Shown: in pieces, positions 1-13,958 of the stretch
Layout of the letters: each line of letters starts with the position of its first letter
Position numbering within the stretch: position 1 is the stretch's first letter
Assembly (NCBI GenBank): GCA_033442325.1
Contig: JAWQFM010000009.1
Coordinates: forward strand, 330,652 to 394,651
DNA length: 64,000 bases
Direction: 5' to 3'
Source: Salpingoeca rosetta
Taxonomy: Eukaryota > Protista > Choanoflagellata
Notes under the pieces: generated by a model
The model's database searches: none
Told to the model about the DNA's origin: nothing
Seen by the model: only the letters and a program-made list of their open reading frames with translations
Program-made: the position numbers and the translations under genes

Positions 1-52
<52 letters not shown>

Positions 53-136
53 CACGCACACACACACACACACACGCACGCACACACACACACACACACA
101 CACACCCTTTGTTCCTCTCCCATCGCCTTTTCCAGA

Positions 137-1194
137 GCGAAAGATTCGGAGAGGCAGGTCATGGTGCTGTTGGAGAAGCTCAAGCAGTACGAGACAGCTG
201 CGCAGCACCCGACAGGTCCACAACCCGCACGCACGCGCCTGCTTTGTTGGTTGTGTGTGTGTGGGGGGGGGGGGTCTGAATGGCACAAATGGTATCTGCT
301 CCTGCTTGGCGCGACTGTCTTTTGTGCACACTCACATTCTGTGGCCATCCTCTGCTCTGCACAGGTGCCATGACGGGCGCAAACGTGGTAGCGCTCTCAA
401 CACACAAACAGCTGATGGATCTGCTGGAGAAGCGCGCTGTCGACGCCGAGCGGAAGTCAGTGAGACCTGGCACGGTGAACTCGTTGAGCACCACATGTTG
501 AGGGTTGTGCTGAGATTGACAAGCTCAGGGTGGAGGCATGAAGGCGCGATGGAGGTGTTGATTGCTGAACGTTGAAATGCGGGGTGAGGCGAGTAGTGCT
601 GCTCAGCACACTTCTGGCACTCTCTCACTTCGTTCGCTGTATTTTGCCTCCCTCCTTTCTCTCTTCTCGTGTGCGGTGTTCTCAGGTGCAAGGAGCTTGA
701 AGCAGAGAAGGTGGTGATGGACGGCCAGCTCTCCACTGCGCGTATGTTGCTGGAGGCCACGAAACAGGCACCACTCGCCACATCATCCTCAGTGGTGGCA
801 GCAGCTGCTGCGGTGACGGGTGTCGACAGCAAACGTGCCGACGACAGCAAGGGGCGGGATGTGACTGCGGCACATCCACGTAAGCAGTCGTCGCCAGGTG
901 ATGCCGCTGCTGTTGCTGCAGCGCAAGGGCCTTTGAAGCTACACGATGGCAATGCACACACTGCAGCCGCTGCCGCCACCACAGACGAAGAAGAAACGCC
1001 AGGAGAACAAGTGGATGCTGGGCGTGGGGGAGATGAGAGCACTGCCTCCTCAACATCAACAACTGCTGCAACAGCAACGACGCACAAGAAGACGCCGCCG
1101 CGTGTGCGCACAAAGACACGCCGTCGCCGCTCCAAGCTGAAGAAGTTTGAGCAGCACAATGACAAGGACACGGCCACCAGCTCGTACGTGTGCA

Positions 1195-1233
<39 letters not shown>

Positions 1234-1248
1234 TGGGTGGTGTGTGTG

Positions 1249-1283
<35 letters not shown>

Positions 1284-2655
1284 CGTGTGTGTTTGTGTTT
1301 GTGTGCGTGTGCGTGTATGCGTGTGTGTGTGTGTGCGTGTGTTTGTGTGCGTGTGTGTGTGTGCTTGCTCTGTGGTGGCTTGCCTGCCCCTGTTTGAAAG
1401 TGATCTTGCTTCTGACTTGCTTACCTGTGCACGTACTCCTTCCACCACTGTTCCTTCAGTGCGACATCAACCCCAAAACGGACCCCAGGAAAGCTTAAAG
1501 CCAATCTCCTCAGCACTGTCGCCAAGGTGCCATGCAAATCGCGCTTCGTCGTGCACGACGTTGATCTCTTGGATTGCCCTGTTCACAGCCACAAAAACAC
1601 ACACATGCACACATGTTTGTACACACATGAACTTACACGCACACACATACACACTCTTGTATACTCTCGCGCACTCGCACGCACGATGCCATCAGGTGGT
1701 GAACAGCCAGCAGCCGCTGACGCCACAGGACCTGCAGCGGCACGTGGCAGCGGCGAAAGTGCAGCGTGAGGGCGCACTGTCATCAGCAGCGGACGACAAC
1801 AACGACGATTGTGGTGGCGGTGGCGACCGTAGTGCTAATGGTGACACTCGAACAGACTCCGGTGAGTTCTTTGAAAGTTGTATTGCTGCTGTCAACATCG
1901 TTGCTGAGGCGAAATGTATGCTTGACGATGTTTTGATTGCGAGAACCGCGCCCACACACCACAACTGCCAAGTCGTTTCCCTGTTCCCCCCCCCCCCTTT
2001 CCCCTTCCAAACCTGCACCCCTTCATCGTCCTTTTCACCCTCGAACGATCGCTCCTACGCCACCGCGCGACATGTATTTCGCGCCATGACAGATTCCGAC
2101 TGGAGCGATTCTGGGGACGAAGGCGGACCACCGCCACCGCCGCAGCCACCAGCCGCAGCTCGGCAGCACGCGGGGGCATGGCAAGAGCATGAGTTGTCTG
2201 CCTCTCATGACCCCATGGCATCTTCACCATCTGCAACATCAGCGGCAACAGCGCAGCAGCTGACACCGCTGACGAACCAGTTTTCAAAGCCCATCCCACC
2301 CCGCCAGCGTCGCCTGCCATCCCGCCGACGAAAAGCGGACGTGACACCAACGGATCTCTTTGATGACTCGCCATCGCTGCCCATCACACCACCACCACCA
2401 CAACAACAACACCAACAACAACAACAACAACAACAGCAGCAGCAAAGTAACCCAGACTCGAGTGCGGGCGCGAGCGTTACTACAATAACCACTGCAGCGG
2501 ATGCCAGGGATGACGCTGACTCGGGTGGAGGCACGCATGCGGTGCCACCGACAAAGCCAAAGCCAAAAGTGAAGCCAAAGCCTTCGCCAAAACCAGCCAA
2601 ACCCAAACCAAAGCCCAAGCCCTCGCCCAAGCCACCGGCCACGCCTGTTGCCTAA
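137..2655 (+). CDS. 3' part of a multi-exon coiled-coil protein with low-complexity, Pro/Lys-rich C-terminus (5' end outside window)
   Basis: Phase-compatible GT-AG exons at about 137-213, 364-457, 687-1183, 1460-1526, 1696-1861 and 2092-2655. They read ...[36 protein letters not shown]...[15 protein letters not shown]...[16 protein letters not shown]. No family recognised. Confidence 0.6.
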
Positions 2656-3550
2656 CAACACATGCCTGCCTGGCTGACCGTTGTTGGTGGTGTTTGCCCT
2701 CTCGTGCTCCATACCGTTGTTATTCCCTTGTAATGTTGTGCTACCTACAACCTTCCTTCTTTTGCGTGCTTGGCCATGTTATTAGCTTGCTCCCAGTTTG
2801 CTTGTCTTCTTCGCTCTTGTTCTCCTTCATCCTAGCGTCAGTGCCCCTGCCTGCCGGTGTTCCTTGTTGTGAGCAGTACACAGGATAATGTAATAGCATG
2901 CAACCACACAACAACACACCACGCAATCTCTTGTGTGTGAACAAAGGGTCTTTGTTCACGTTCAAAGTTGCGTGCCCACGTCTCACCTGGGCATTTGGGC
3001 ACAAGGTGTGCGTAGAGCTTGGCTGTATGAACGTGACGTGGCTGCTGATCTTGATGTGATGTGATGTGATGTGCTGACTGAGACTGGCGTTGTATCGACA
3101 TACACGTCATGAACCTGTTCTCGCACATCACCCAGCAACAACGGCACACTGGCAGGGCTGTCACACGTTGCATCATCCCAGGGGAGCAACGAATGAACAA
3201 TGGCTTGCTACCTCCCACGCTCACTCAAGCAGTCACGCCCATGCTCGCGTACACATGCCTGCAACGTTGTTACATGTCCTTGTTCATCTGTGAATTGCAG
3301 ACCTTAACAGCCTACACAAGGCTGTAGGTCATGTCGCATATGTTGTGGCGTGGCCACATGCCGGTAAGCAGAACATTGATGACGACGCATCCGTTTGCTG
3401 ACTTGCTGATGTGAATGTGCGCGTGTGCGCGTGCGTGCGTGTGTTCTCACGAACTGCAGACATCGTGTACGCGTACTCTCACTTTGTATCATTTTCCTCG
3501 ACATTGTTCGTCCCTCGCACCACCTCTGGCTCGATCCCGATCCCGATCCC

Positions 3551-3646
3551 CTTCCACCCTTCCACCCTTCCACCCTTCACCATTCCACCCTTCCACCCTT
3601 CCACCCTTCCACCCTTCCACCCTTCCACCCTTCCACCCTTCCACCC
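3551..3646. repeat. Octamer tandem repeat (TTCCACCC)n, about 12 copies
   Basis: Directly visible just upstream of the thioesterase ATG. Confidence 0.9.
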
Positions 3647-3682
3647 TCCCTTGTGTCGGACCCAGCTTCAAGTACAGCCAAG

Positions 3683-4939
3683 ATGATGTCTCGACGCGTT
3701 TCCTGCCGGTCAGGCCCACGACCGACCGTGGCTGCGGGCAGCTCCGTCAAGCCCCACCGCTTGATCTCCGACAAGAAGGCACAGTCCCCACTGTTCCAGA
3801 CACAGCAGCACACCGAGCCAGCGCCGCGCACCCTCAACAAGCTGCAATTCCGCCTGCCAGAGCAGCCAGAGCAGCCAGAGCAGACGATTTGCAGGAGGTC
3901 GAGCAGTGAACCTGCACTCAAGACGCAGAGGAGCAGCGCTGCTGCTCACCAAGCAGGCCACAAGCCACACTCTTGTATCCGACCAATCTTCCTCTCAAGC
4001 GGCTCAGGCAGCAGAGCGCAGGTGCGACGGGGCAACGACAAGCGTGACGATGTTCCGCTGTTCCTGTTTCACGACAGCACGGGCGTAATTGAGCACTTTC
4101 GAAACATGCTGCCGGCTCTGGACCAAACCTGCTACGGCGTGCAGCTCGATGACGATGCGCCCCTGACGACGCTGCGAGAGCTGGCCAAGTATTACGCCCA
4201 AGCCATTGACAGGTTCCACCCTCGTGGCCCACTTCACATTGGCGGCTTTTCGCTTGGCGTGAAGACGGCTGCGCTGGCTGCGCTCGACCTCACGGCCCGC
4301 GGGCGAGAGGTGGTCAGCTTCGTTGGCATCGACGACACCATAACCTTCGACGCCACATACACGAGCGCTGCCTCCCGCCCGTTGGTGGTGGACGCCATGC
4401 TCAGCCTTCTAGTGAAGCCCGGTGCCAGCAGCCGTGACGCGCTTGGGAGGCTGCTGCAGACGTGCACCGACCGAGAAGAGTTGCAGGCGGCCGTGCTGTC
4501 ATTGCCCGCTGATGAGTACTCGTCCATTCTTGCGCCGGTGGCTCGCAGCCGCCGTATGGCAATGGCCAAGCGGTTCGCCCGTTCCATCGCCTCCATCGCC
4601 GCGGCCATGTGCCGGCCCGAATTTGTTGGGGACGACCTGCGTGACGTGCAGCTGAAGTGCCCTGTGCTGCTGATTCGCAGCACACAACGCCACCGCCTCT
4701 CATTTGCACGCGCGGCCAACCTGCAGGGCACGTTTCCTGACACGATAAACGGGGAATCATCGACACCAGCAACCACGCGACTCTTGTCCTGCGTGCCTGA
4801 GGACTATGGCATCACTGCCAATGTGGCTGGCCGCGTGGATGTCGTCATTGTGGATGCCGCTCATCATGACATGTTTCAGGGCGACAACGCCAAGACCATT
4901 GGGTCCTACCTCTCCGCCTTTCTTCGCCTCCACTCCTGA
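3683..4939 (+). CDS. Intronless stand-alone thioesterase (alpha/beta hydrolase, FAS/PKS/NRPS TE-like) with disordered N-terminal extension
   Basis: PLFLFHDSTG, 'LRELAKYYAQAI', nucleophile elbow GFSLG, acidic residue in FVGIDD and C-terminal His in AAHHDMF; single open exon. Confidence 0.8.
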   Translation: MMSRRVSCRSGPRPTVAAGSSVKPHRLISDKKAQSPLFQTQQHTEPAPRTLNKLQFRLPEQPEQPEQTICRRSSSEPALKTQRSSAAAHQAGHKPHSCIRPIFLSSGSGSRAQVRRGNDKRDDVPLFLFHDSTGVIEHFRNMLPALDQTCYGVQLDDDAPLTTLRELAKYYAQAIDRFHPRGPLHIGGFSLGVKTAALAALDLTARGREVVSFVGIDDTITFDATYTSAASRPLVVDAMLSLLVKPGASSRDALGRLLQTCTDREELQAAVLSLPADEYSSILAPVARSRRMAMAKRFARSIASIAAAMCRPEFVGDDLRDVQLKCPVLLIRSTQRHRLSFARAANLQGTFPDTINGESSTPATTRLLSCVPEDYGITANVAGRVDVVIVDAAHHDMFQGDNAKTIGSYLSAFLRLHS

Positions 4940-4974
4940 GGGTGTTTGCCTTGCGTATGAGTTTGGTTGTTTGG

Positions 4975-5108
<134 letters not shown>

Positions 5109-5262
5109 CGGGGGGGGGGGCTTGCAGGTTTGCTTCCTCTCGTTTTCTTTGCGCGCTGTGTGGTGTCCGCCTTTTCAGACGGGTGTTGTACTGCGAGGGG
5201 TGCACTTAATAAACAAGACTGAATTCAGTCGAAAGATCGCTCCACTTTTTTGTTTTGCTACG

Positions 5263-6025
5263 ATGCCGACGCAGACGCAAAGGGTGGCTGGTGAGTGAGT
5301 TTGTTTGGTTGGAATGGATGGGGCGAGAGAGCACACGACTGCGTGCGTGCGTGCGTGCATGTGTGCGTGCATGCGTGTGTGTGTGTCTGCAAGTGCTTGA
5401 CCAAGCTACGTGTTGCATAAGAGACGCTTGACTTAACATTATGTGTTCGTTTGTGTATGTGTCTGTGTGTGTCTGTGTGTTCGCTTGTGCTTGGTTTTGC
5501 TTGTGCTTGGTTTTACTTTTTTGTTTGTGTGTAGTGGTCGCCCCAAACCTGCGGGAAGAAGAGTCCCTGTTGCAAGCGTTTGATGCATTGGAGCACCTGG
5601 AAAATGTGGTGAACAACGTCTTCAACCACATCTCCGAAGCGGTGCGTGTTACGTGTGTGTGATGTGGCATGGGACAGTGTGTGCACCTCGACGAACGGCT
5701 TGGGACCACTCGCTCTCGCTCTCGTGCTTTGCCTTTGCTTGTGTCACGCACGCTTGCCGCTCCTCCTGGCTTCACTGTTGACTTCGTCTTGAACACAGAT
5801 TGATTCCAACAAGAAGGACCTGGTGGATGTGAACAACCGCATTAACCTGGCACGAGCCAAAGTCCAGAAGATGGTCGGCAGCTCCATGGCCACCACTGTC
5901 TACGCCAGGTATTTGTGCATGCGTGTGTGCGCTCGCTTGTGTGGGTGCTTGTGTGTGGGTGTGGGGGAGCTCGTGCATGTGTATTTGTGCTTGACTTTTG
6001 GGTCTCGCACACACACACACACACA

Positions 6026-6059
<34 letters not shown>

Positions 6060-6100
6060 CACTCACTCACAACTCACACACGCACAAACACAAACGCAAA

Positions 6101-6131
<31 letters not shown>

Positions 6132-7125
6132 CTTCAAACTGGGTCCAGTGCCAAGTATCCTGGGCCAGCCAAACTGGAGCCCTTGCCGCCGCTGTTTGAT
6201 GGAGAAGAGCCCGAGCCGCCCTTCAAACCCAACACAGTCACATCGCGACACGTGAGTGGACATGGCACTTGCTGGCCTGCTTGCGTGTTGGCCCTTTGTC
6301 GTGTGCTCTTCTTCCCTCTGCCACCACCATCCATCACCACAAACTCTCGTTGATGATGATGCGCATGGACACGCGTCAATATGCGGCTTACATGTGTGCG
6401 TGCGTATATGTGCGTATTTGTGTGTTTGGTGTACGTGTTCCGACAGCCCCGCGTCGATCGTGAATTCATGGACAACAACTCCGTCATCTTCAGCATGAAG
6501 AACAACGTAAGCCCTGTGTGCGTACGCGTGTGTGTGTGTGTGCGTGTGTGTGTGTGTGTGTGTGTGCGTGTGTGCGTGTGTTGTGTGTGCGTGTGTGCGT
6601 GTGTTGTGTGTGTGTGTGTGCGTGTGTGTGTGTGTGTGCGTGTGTGTGTGTGCGTCTGCGCATCATTGCATCAACTTTAGCCATCACCGGCTTGCGTATG
6701 TGTGTATGTGTGTGCATGCCATGCTCATGTTTTCAATGCAACGGCCCCCCTTCCAGACTGTCGTGCGCAAGAGGGACCAGGCCATCACCGCAGACGAGGA
6801 AGAGCTCGAGGTGCATACACTCATTTTCGTTGTTCGTGTGTTTGCACCTGTTTGCTCATCTTCATGTGTTTGCGTTTCTGCATGTGTGTTTGTGGTGTCT
6901 TTGTTTGTTGCACTGCATCGTAAGTCCTGCCTTCCCCAACACACTCATTTGCAACTGCCATGTGTGCAACACACGACCGTGGCACTCATCACGACAGGGC
7001 CTCGGCAGCTTGCCCAAGAACCTGACGTCTGTCTCCAGTCTGCTGCTCTTCAACACAACAGAGAACCCGTACAAGAAATACGTCACTGTTGACCCCCTCC
7101 ACGGCGCAGTCACCAAGACACGCGC

Positions 7126-7160
<35 letters not shown>

Positions 7161-9359
7161 TGTGTGTGTGTGTGTGCGTGTGCGTGTGCGTGTGTGTGTG
7201 TATGTGTGTGTCTGTGTGTGAATGCTCGTTCATGTCACGGTTGTGTCTGCGTCTGTGTTATTGTCCCTCAAATCATCCTGACACAAACAAAACACACACC
7301 TAACCCTGCTGCAGACGTTGAGCAACAGAAGCTGCTTGCTGCTGCCCCCGAGACGCTGCTCAAGGGCGAGCGGTATGAGGCCATTGAGGGCGAGTCGTAT
7401 CGCTATCTGCCGAATCTTGGCGCCGTGCCCGAGATTGAGGCGCCCTCCGTCCTCCCAGACCTCGCAGGTAACACCCGCTGTGGGCTGGGCTGTGTCTTGT
7501 GGGTTGTAGCTGTTGTGGTGTTCGTTGTGTTGTGTTGTGTTATGTTGTGTTGTGTTGTGTTATGTTGTGTTGTGTTGTGTTGTGTTGTGTGTTGTGTTGT
7601 GTTGTGTTGTGTTGTGTTGTGTTGTGTTGCGTCCTGTGCACCATCATCCTTTGACATCATCGCGAGTGCATCCGTCACCACCTCCTCGTCCGGTCCAGGC
7701 GTTGCTGACTTACGGTTTTCGGAGGAGCTGAACGACACAAACATTGCCCCATCCAGACTCATGTATGTTGCCAGTCTCTCCTCTTGCCCTACTGTGCATC
7801 TAAACACACACACACGCACATGCTGAATTGGATTCCCAGAGGGGTCGAGACAGAGTGTCGCGCGCGTATGTACACATGTGTGTGTAAGAGTGTGTGTACG
7901 TGCATGCGCATGTGCATGTGTATGTATGTATGTGCATGTGCGTATGCGTGTGCGCTCTCATTGTCACACTCACTCACCCACTCATTGAACACATTTTGAC
8001 CATCTCCACGCCCACCGCCTCCATCCTCAACACCCGACCAACACCATCCAGGAACGTGCCAACGACAGCGGATATGGATACCGCAGCCCCAGCAGAGGCA
8101 ACAGCGTACGTGTGTGTGTATGTGTGTGAATGTGTGTGAATGTGTGTGAATGTGTGTGAATGTGTGTGTGTGTGTGTGTGGCATACGTTTCGTCGTTTGG
8201 TTTGTGACATGTTGTGTGCTCTGGCTTATGGATTGCACCACAGCCAGCCTTTGGCCACACGCACACACAATTCACCGCACATTCACATGCCCATGTACAC
8301 TGGTGCTGCTGCTCACGTCGTCGTTCCCTGTTGCTCCTCCTGCAACTGCTTCGTCTGTGTGTGGGTGTGCAGGGAGGGTGCGTCGGCGCCGCCACCGCCT
8401 GCAGACTCAACAGCACCGCCGCCACCACCACCGTCCACATCAGCACCACCACCTCCTCCTCCACCCGACTCTGGCGCGCCACCACCACCGCCGCCACCAC
8501 CACCATCCGATGCACCGGTACCACCGCCACCACCACCAGCAACAGAGGCGCCCCTCCCACCCCAAGGTACGCAGGAGAGCATTGGTGTTGCGGGCCATTG
8601 GTTGGTTGTTCTTGTGGTGCGATACACTCGAGTGCACACACACACACACACACATGCATGCATCTGAGGACACACGTACAGCTCACGGTGTATGCATTCC
8701 TTGCTGGTGTGTCTTGGTCCAGGCGCGGGTGCTGCAGAGGAGTCGGAAGAGGATGAAGAGCCGGCAGAAACAGGGGTGCGTATTGGGGGTGGAGACTGGG
8801 CGCAAACCTGTACTTCTCCTGCTTGCAGTCGCTTCGTTTGCGTGCCATTCGCACACCTTGTGACCGTATGTTGTGCGCTGCAATGTGTACATGTGTGCGT
8901 GTGTGATTCCAGGGCGGCGGGCGGTCTGATTTGCTCGCAGCCATCCGCGGCAGCAGCATCAAGAACCTCAAGTCCATTAAGGCGCGTTTGCTTTGCGTGT
9001 GTGCAATATGTGTGTGTGTGTGTGTGTGAACATGTGTGTGTGTGTGTGCGTGTGCATGTGTGTGTGTGTGTGTTGAGATGGCTGAGGTTTCGTTCGCATT
9101 CGTATCGCTTCCCCTTTTGTGTATTTCGTTTTTCGACACTGACAATCTCCCTGTCACACCCATTCACCCCCTCCCCCATTCTGCGCTCGTTCTACCTTCT
9201 GTGCAGAAGCAGCGCAAGCAGAAGAAGAAGGCCGAGGCCAAGCCTGCTTCTCGCGGCATGGACCATATGGACATGCTCAAGAACGCCCTCGCTGTACGTG
9301 TGCTCTGCGTGTGTGTGTGTGTGTGTGTGTGCGTGTGTGTGTGCGTGTGTGTGTGTGTG

Positions 9360-9443
<84 letters not shown>

Positions 9444-10233
9444 GCTGAAGCGTTGCGTTTTGCTTGCGTGGTTGAGGTTGTAATTTTTTTCCCTCGCTGC
9501 TTTCCCTTGTCCTCATGAAGCATGCAAACTCCCCCGCCCTTTCCATTTCACCACCATCTGCCCACTGCACAGCGGCGGCGCTCTGCGCTGCATGGAGATG
9601 CGCCCGGGAAGAAGAAATCAAAGAAGAAGAAAGCAAAGAAGCGCAAAGAGTCATCAGATGAGGACGAGAGTGATGACGACGACGATGACATCCCCGCCCC
9701 ATCAAGGGTGCGCATTCGTGCTGGTGCATGTTGTACTATTGTTGGTGTTGATGATGTTGGGTGCTGCTGATTGTTGGCTTGTCTGATTGAGTCGCCCTTC
9801 TCACGCCGTGCACGTTTGGCTGCTGCATTGTGATTGTTTTGCTGTGACATCATCAGAGCCTTCCAACGGGCGATCCGCTCAGTGCTCTGGCCTCCACCGT
9901 TCCCATTATCGGTGCGCGAGTGTGTTTGTGCTTGTGTGTGTATGTGTGTGCATGCGTGTGTGCTTGGTGTGTCTGTGTGTCTGTGTGAATGTGTGCATGT
10001 ACGTGTGTGTCTGTGTGTTGTGAGTGTGCATGTGTGTCTGTGTGTGTGTCTGTGTGTGAGTGTGCTTTTGTGTTTGTGCTTCCCGCATGCGCGTCGGCGT
10101 ACCGTTCTTGCGTTGCTTGCATTCATCGCATTCATTCGCTTTGTTTGTCTTGTCATTCGCGTGTGCAGAGGCTGACAGTGGCAGCGATGATGGCGGCGGC
10201 GAGTGGGACGACGATGAAGACGATGACTACTGA
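5263..10233 (+). CDS. WASHC1: WASH complex subunit 1 (Arp2/3 nucleation-promoting factor), multi-exon
   Basis: WHD1 ([30 protein letters not shown]), WHD2 ([34 protein letters not shown]; [20 protein letters not shown]), poly-Pro, WH2 ([10 protein letters not shown]), central helix ([13 protein letters not shown]) and acidic Trp tail ([11 protein letters not shown]). Confidence 0.95.
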
Positions 10234-10691
10234 GCCGATGCTGTTGCCGATGCGATTGTTACTTGCTTACTTGCTTGCTTGCTTCGTGCTCGCTCTTGCA
10301 CTTTGTTTGTGTTGCCCAAAACTGAAAACACCCCAACCCTCTATCTGGCTGATGGTGCTATTTTTAGCACTTTGGCGCCGCCAAATTTGTGATTTGACTC
10401 GAGAGAGCGGACATGAAACGCCAAGAATGGACACAAGAAGCACACACCAAACACCAAACAACAACAGCGACGGAGTGCAGCTCGCATCATGCTCAGGCGG
10501 CAGTGGCTGATGGCCGGTGAAGTCGGGGATGGAGATGAAGATGAACAGGCGAGCAAGCGCTCATTTACATTCACAACGCATCTCTCATCTCCACAACGCA
10601 GGCGAGCAAGAAGAAGGCAAAGGGCAAGACAACCAGCCAGCCAGACAAGTTTCAAGAGCACTGACTATCACCAGCTGTAGCAACCGGCACC

Positions 10692-11991
10692 ATGGCACTG
10701 GTTCTGTGCAACAGCGTGGCCCGGGCAGGCACACCAAAGGATGTGGAAGTGGAAGACCTTCGCAAGGCATACGAGTCCCTTCCAGCCACCAACGGCAGGA
10801 GCAACAACAAGACGTCCACCGCACCTGCGCCGCGTTTCTCCTACAAGTTGGAGGGAGATGTGAGTGATCGTGAACATGTGTGGGTTGTGTGCGTTGTGTG
10901 CGTTGTGTGCGTTTTGTGTTTGTGTACGTGTGTGTGCGTCTGTGCGTGTATGCGAATGTGCGCCTGTGATTGCGTGTGTGCGTGTGTTTGTGCGTGTGTG
11001 TGTGTGCGTGTCACTGTGCACGGTTTGAGGGTCTGTTGTCAATCAGCCACTCACGCCAGCACGCCCAATCCCACTCCATGTCTACCATCGTAGACATGCA
11101 TCCTGGACATTCTGGACACGGCTGGTCAAGAAGAGTTCTCTGGACTGCGAGACCTTTACATGCGCCAGAGCAACGCCTTTGTCATCGGTGAGTGTGTATG
11201 TGTGTGTGTATGCGCGCGCTGGTTGTTCACGAAACGGCATTAACCCCCCCCTCTCTCACACCCCCCCTCCAACGCCTTGCGTGTTGCTTACAGTGTACGA
11301 CATTACGCGCCGTGATACCTTCGCCGAGGCGCAGATGCTGCCAACTTTTCTCCGACGCATCAACGACATCCAAGGCAGGCTTCCCATGGTACGGCAAGCA
11401 CATCGTACGGATTTGGGAACTGTCTGCAGTTGTAGGCATGAATGGCTTCGGTTTGCGAAGCATGGTAGCATATGTGCTGGATCGCCTATGCATACACACA
11501 CACTCTCTGTCTCTCTCTTTCACACACATGCACCTATTCACGCACACTTAAACACTTACACACATCCACGCACACACTTACACACTTTCACACACACACA
11601 CGCATGCACGAACATGCACACATATGCACACGCACATCCCATTGCAGGTGCTTGTGGGCAACAAGGCCGACTTGGAGCACGAGCGTGCGGTGTCGACGAT
11701 GGAAGGGCAGCAGTTTGCAGACAGCCTCGGCTGCTTGTTCTTCGAGACATCTGCTCGCACGCGTGTCAACGTGGAGCAAGTGTTCGTGGAGGCCGTCCTC
11801 TCACAGATCGGCACCGTCTTGCGTGATTGCAAGGTAGACTGCAAAAGTCGTGCTGGACTTGCTTGTTCAACACCTACACGACGCTGTGCATGTGTATGCA
11901 TGTGTGTGCATATGTGTGTGTTTGTGTGTATGTGTGTGTGTGTACGTGCGTATGCGTCATACCTTGCAGCAGATGCTCAACACCATCCCCA

Positions 11992-12068
<77 letters not shown>

Positions 12069-12318
12069 CACACACACACACACGGGTCCATGTGCAGGTG
12101 AGCGTGCTCGGCAGCGGCGGTGTTGGCAAATCCGCCTTAACGGTGCAGTTTGTGCAGGGTGTGTTTGTGGAGCAATACGACCCGACAATTGAAGACTCGT
12201 ATCGGAAGTTTGTTACCATCCCCGGCCTGGGGGCGCGCATTGCTGCAACCACCCAGAGCAAGAAGAAGATGAAGAAGACGAAGACGAACACGAAGCACAA
12301 GACAAAGGGTCACACTGG

Positions 12319-12361
<43 letters not shown>

Positions 12362-12689
12362 CAAGGCAGTGCAGGTGGTGATACGCATACGCGCGCTGGT
12401 GGGTTTTGGTCGAAGATGCGCTCGCTCTTCACTTCTCGCAGCCCACCACCATCACCATCCAATGCGCTAGCAGCACCAGGGACTGTCACCACTGCAGCGT
12501 CACCGTCGTCGTCGTCATCGTCGCAGAAGGAGCAGAAGGAGAAGAGCTCACAGCCGACCATCAAGATCCATGGCGTCACCACTAACGGAATTGTGGTTCG
12601 TGTGCGGCTGGCTGTGGTGGTGAATCATGCATTGCAGGCTCATTCAACTTGTGCTGTCTACACAGCGAGTCAGGCTTGCGTGGTACCAT

Positions 12690-12761
<72 letters not shown>

Positions 12762-13197
12762 CTGTGCAATGCGTGCGTGCTGTTCTCGACGCTTTAGGTG
12801 CAGTTTGGGGCGCTGGGCAAAGGGTTTGAGCCATTTGACGTGTCGCCTGTCCACTGCATGGGGTGCAACGCCGTCCTCACCAAGTCGAGCATCAACTCCG
12901 CGCCACCAACATCACCAACGCCATCGAGCGCTGGACAGGACAAGAACGCGCACGCGTGGGCGTGTGCACTATGCGGACATGTGAACGCACACGTTGATCT
13001 GAACACGGAGCACTTCCCATATCTCGACTGTGCTGACTTTGAGCTCACGCCGTCACCGCTCGCCACCGCCACCGACAACGACAATGCACTGAAGCAGCAG
13101 CAGCAGCAGCAGCAGCAGGAGCTTGATAACATGCCCGTCGTGTTTTGCCTCGATATCAGTGGCTCCATGGCCACCACGCTGCCCGTCCCAGACCTGC

Positions 13198-13250
<53 letters not shown>

Positions 13251-13517
13251 TGTGTGATGGAGCAAGCATAAACTCATATCATGACGCCCGCCCCTGCACC
13301 GGTACACCACAGGCGGAGTGGGCCAACCTTCGTAGTGGCGGCGGCGGCGCTGCCTCTGGCACCAAGCACGTGTCGCGCCTCGACTGCCTCAAGACCGCCA
13401 TCATCCGCCAGCTGGAACACCTCGCCGTAACGGCCCCAAACGTACGCACGCAGCTTGTGTGTATGTGTGTGTGTGTGTGTCATCACGTGTACGCGTGCAT
13501 TGCATGGCCTGTGCAGT

Positions 13518-13608
<91 letters not shown>

Positions 13609-13893
13609 CTCTGCTTTGGCGAGCTTCACGCAAACCTCACGCGTTGCACACATGTGGTGATGGTTGTACAGCGCCGTGTTGTGCTGGTGACGTTCTGCAG
13701 CTCCGTGTCCGTGTACGGCTCTCCAACAGCGGCCCCCGTCCCGCTCGACGCCAACAAGAGCGTAAGCTGCGGCTGTGTGCAGGACCTGGTGTCCTTGGCT
13801 GTGTTTGCGTTCTCTGCGCAGATGTATCTGTACGTGTGCCACAAGTGTTGAGAACCCCAATCAGCAGTTCAACCTTTTGAGCTCACACACACA

Positions 13894-13958
<65 letters not shown>

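Noticed and set aside
2840-3330. Possible small minus-strand gene (LPWDDATCDSP...VYVDTTPV; AKLYAHLVPKCP)
   Set aside because: Upstream in-frame stop, no consistent start or exon chain, and no recognisable family.
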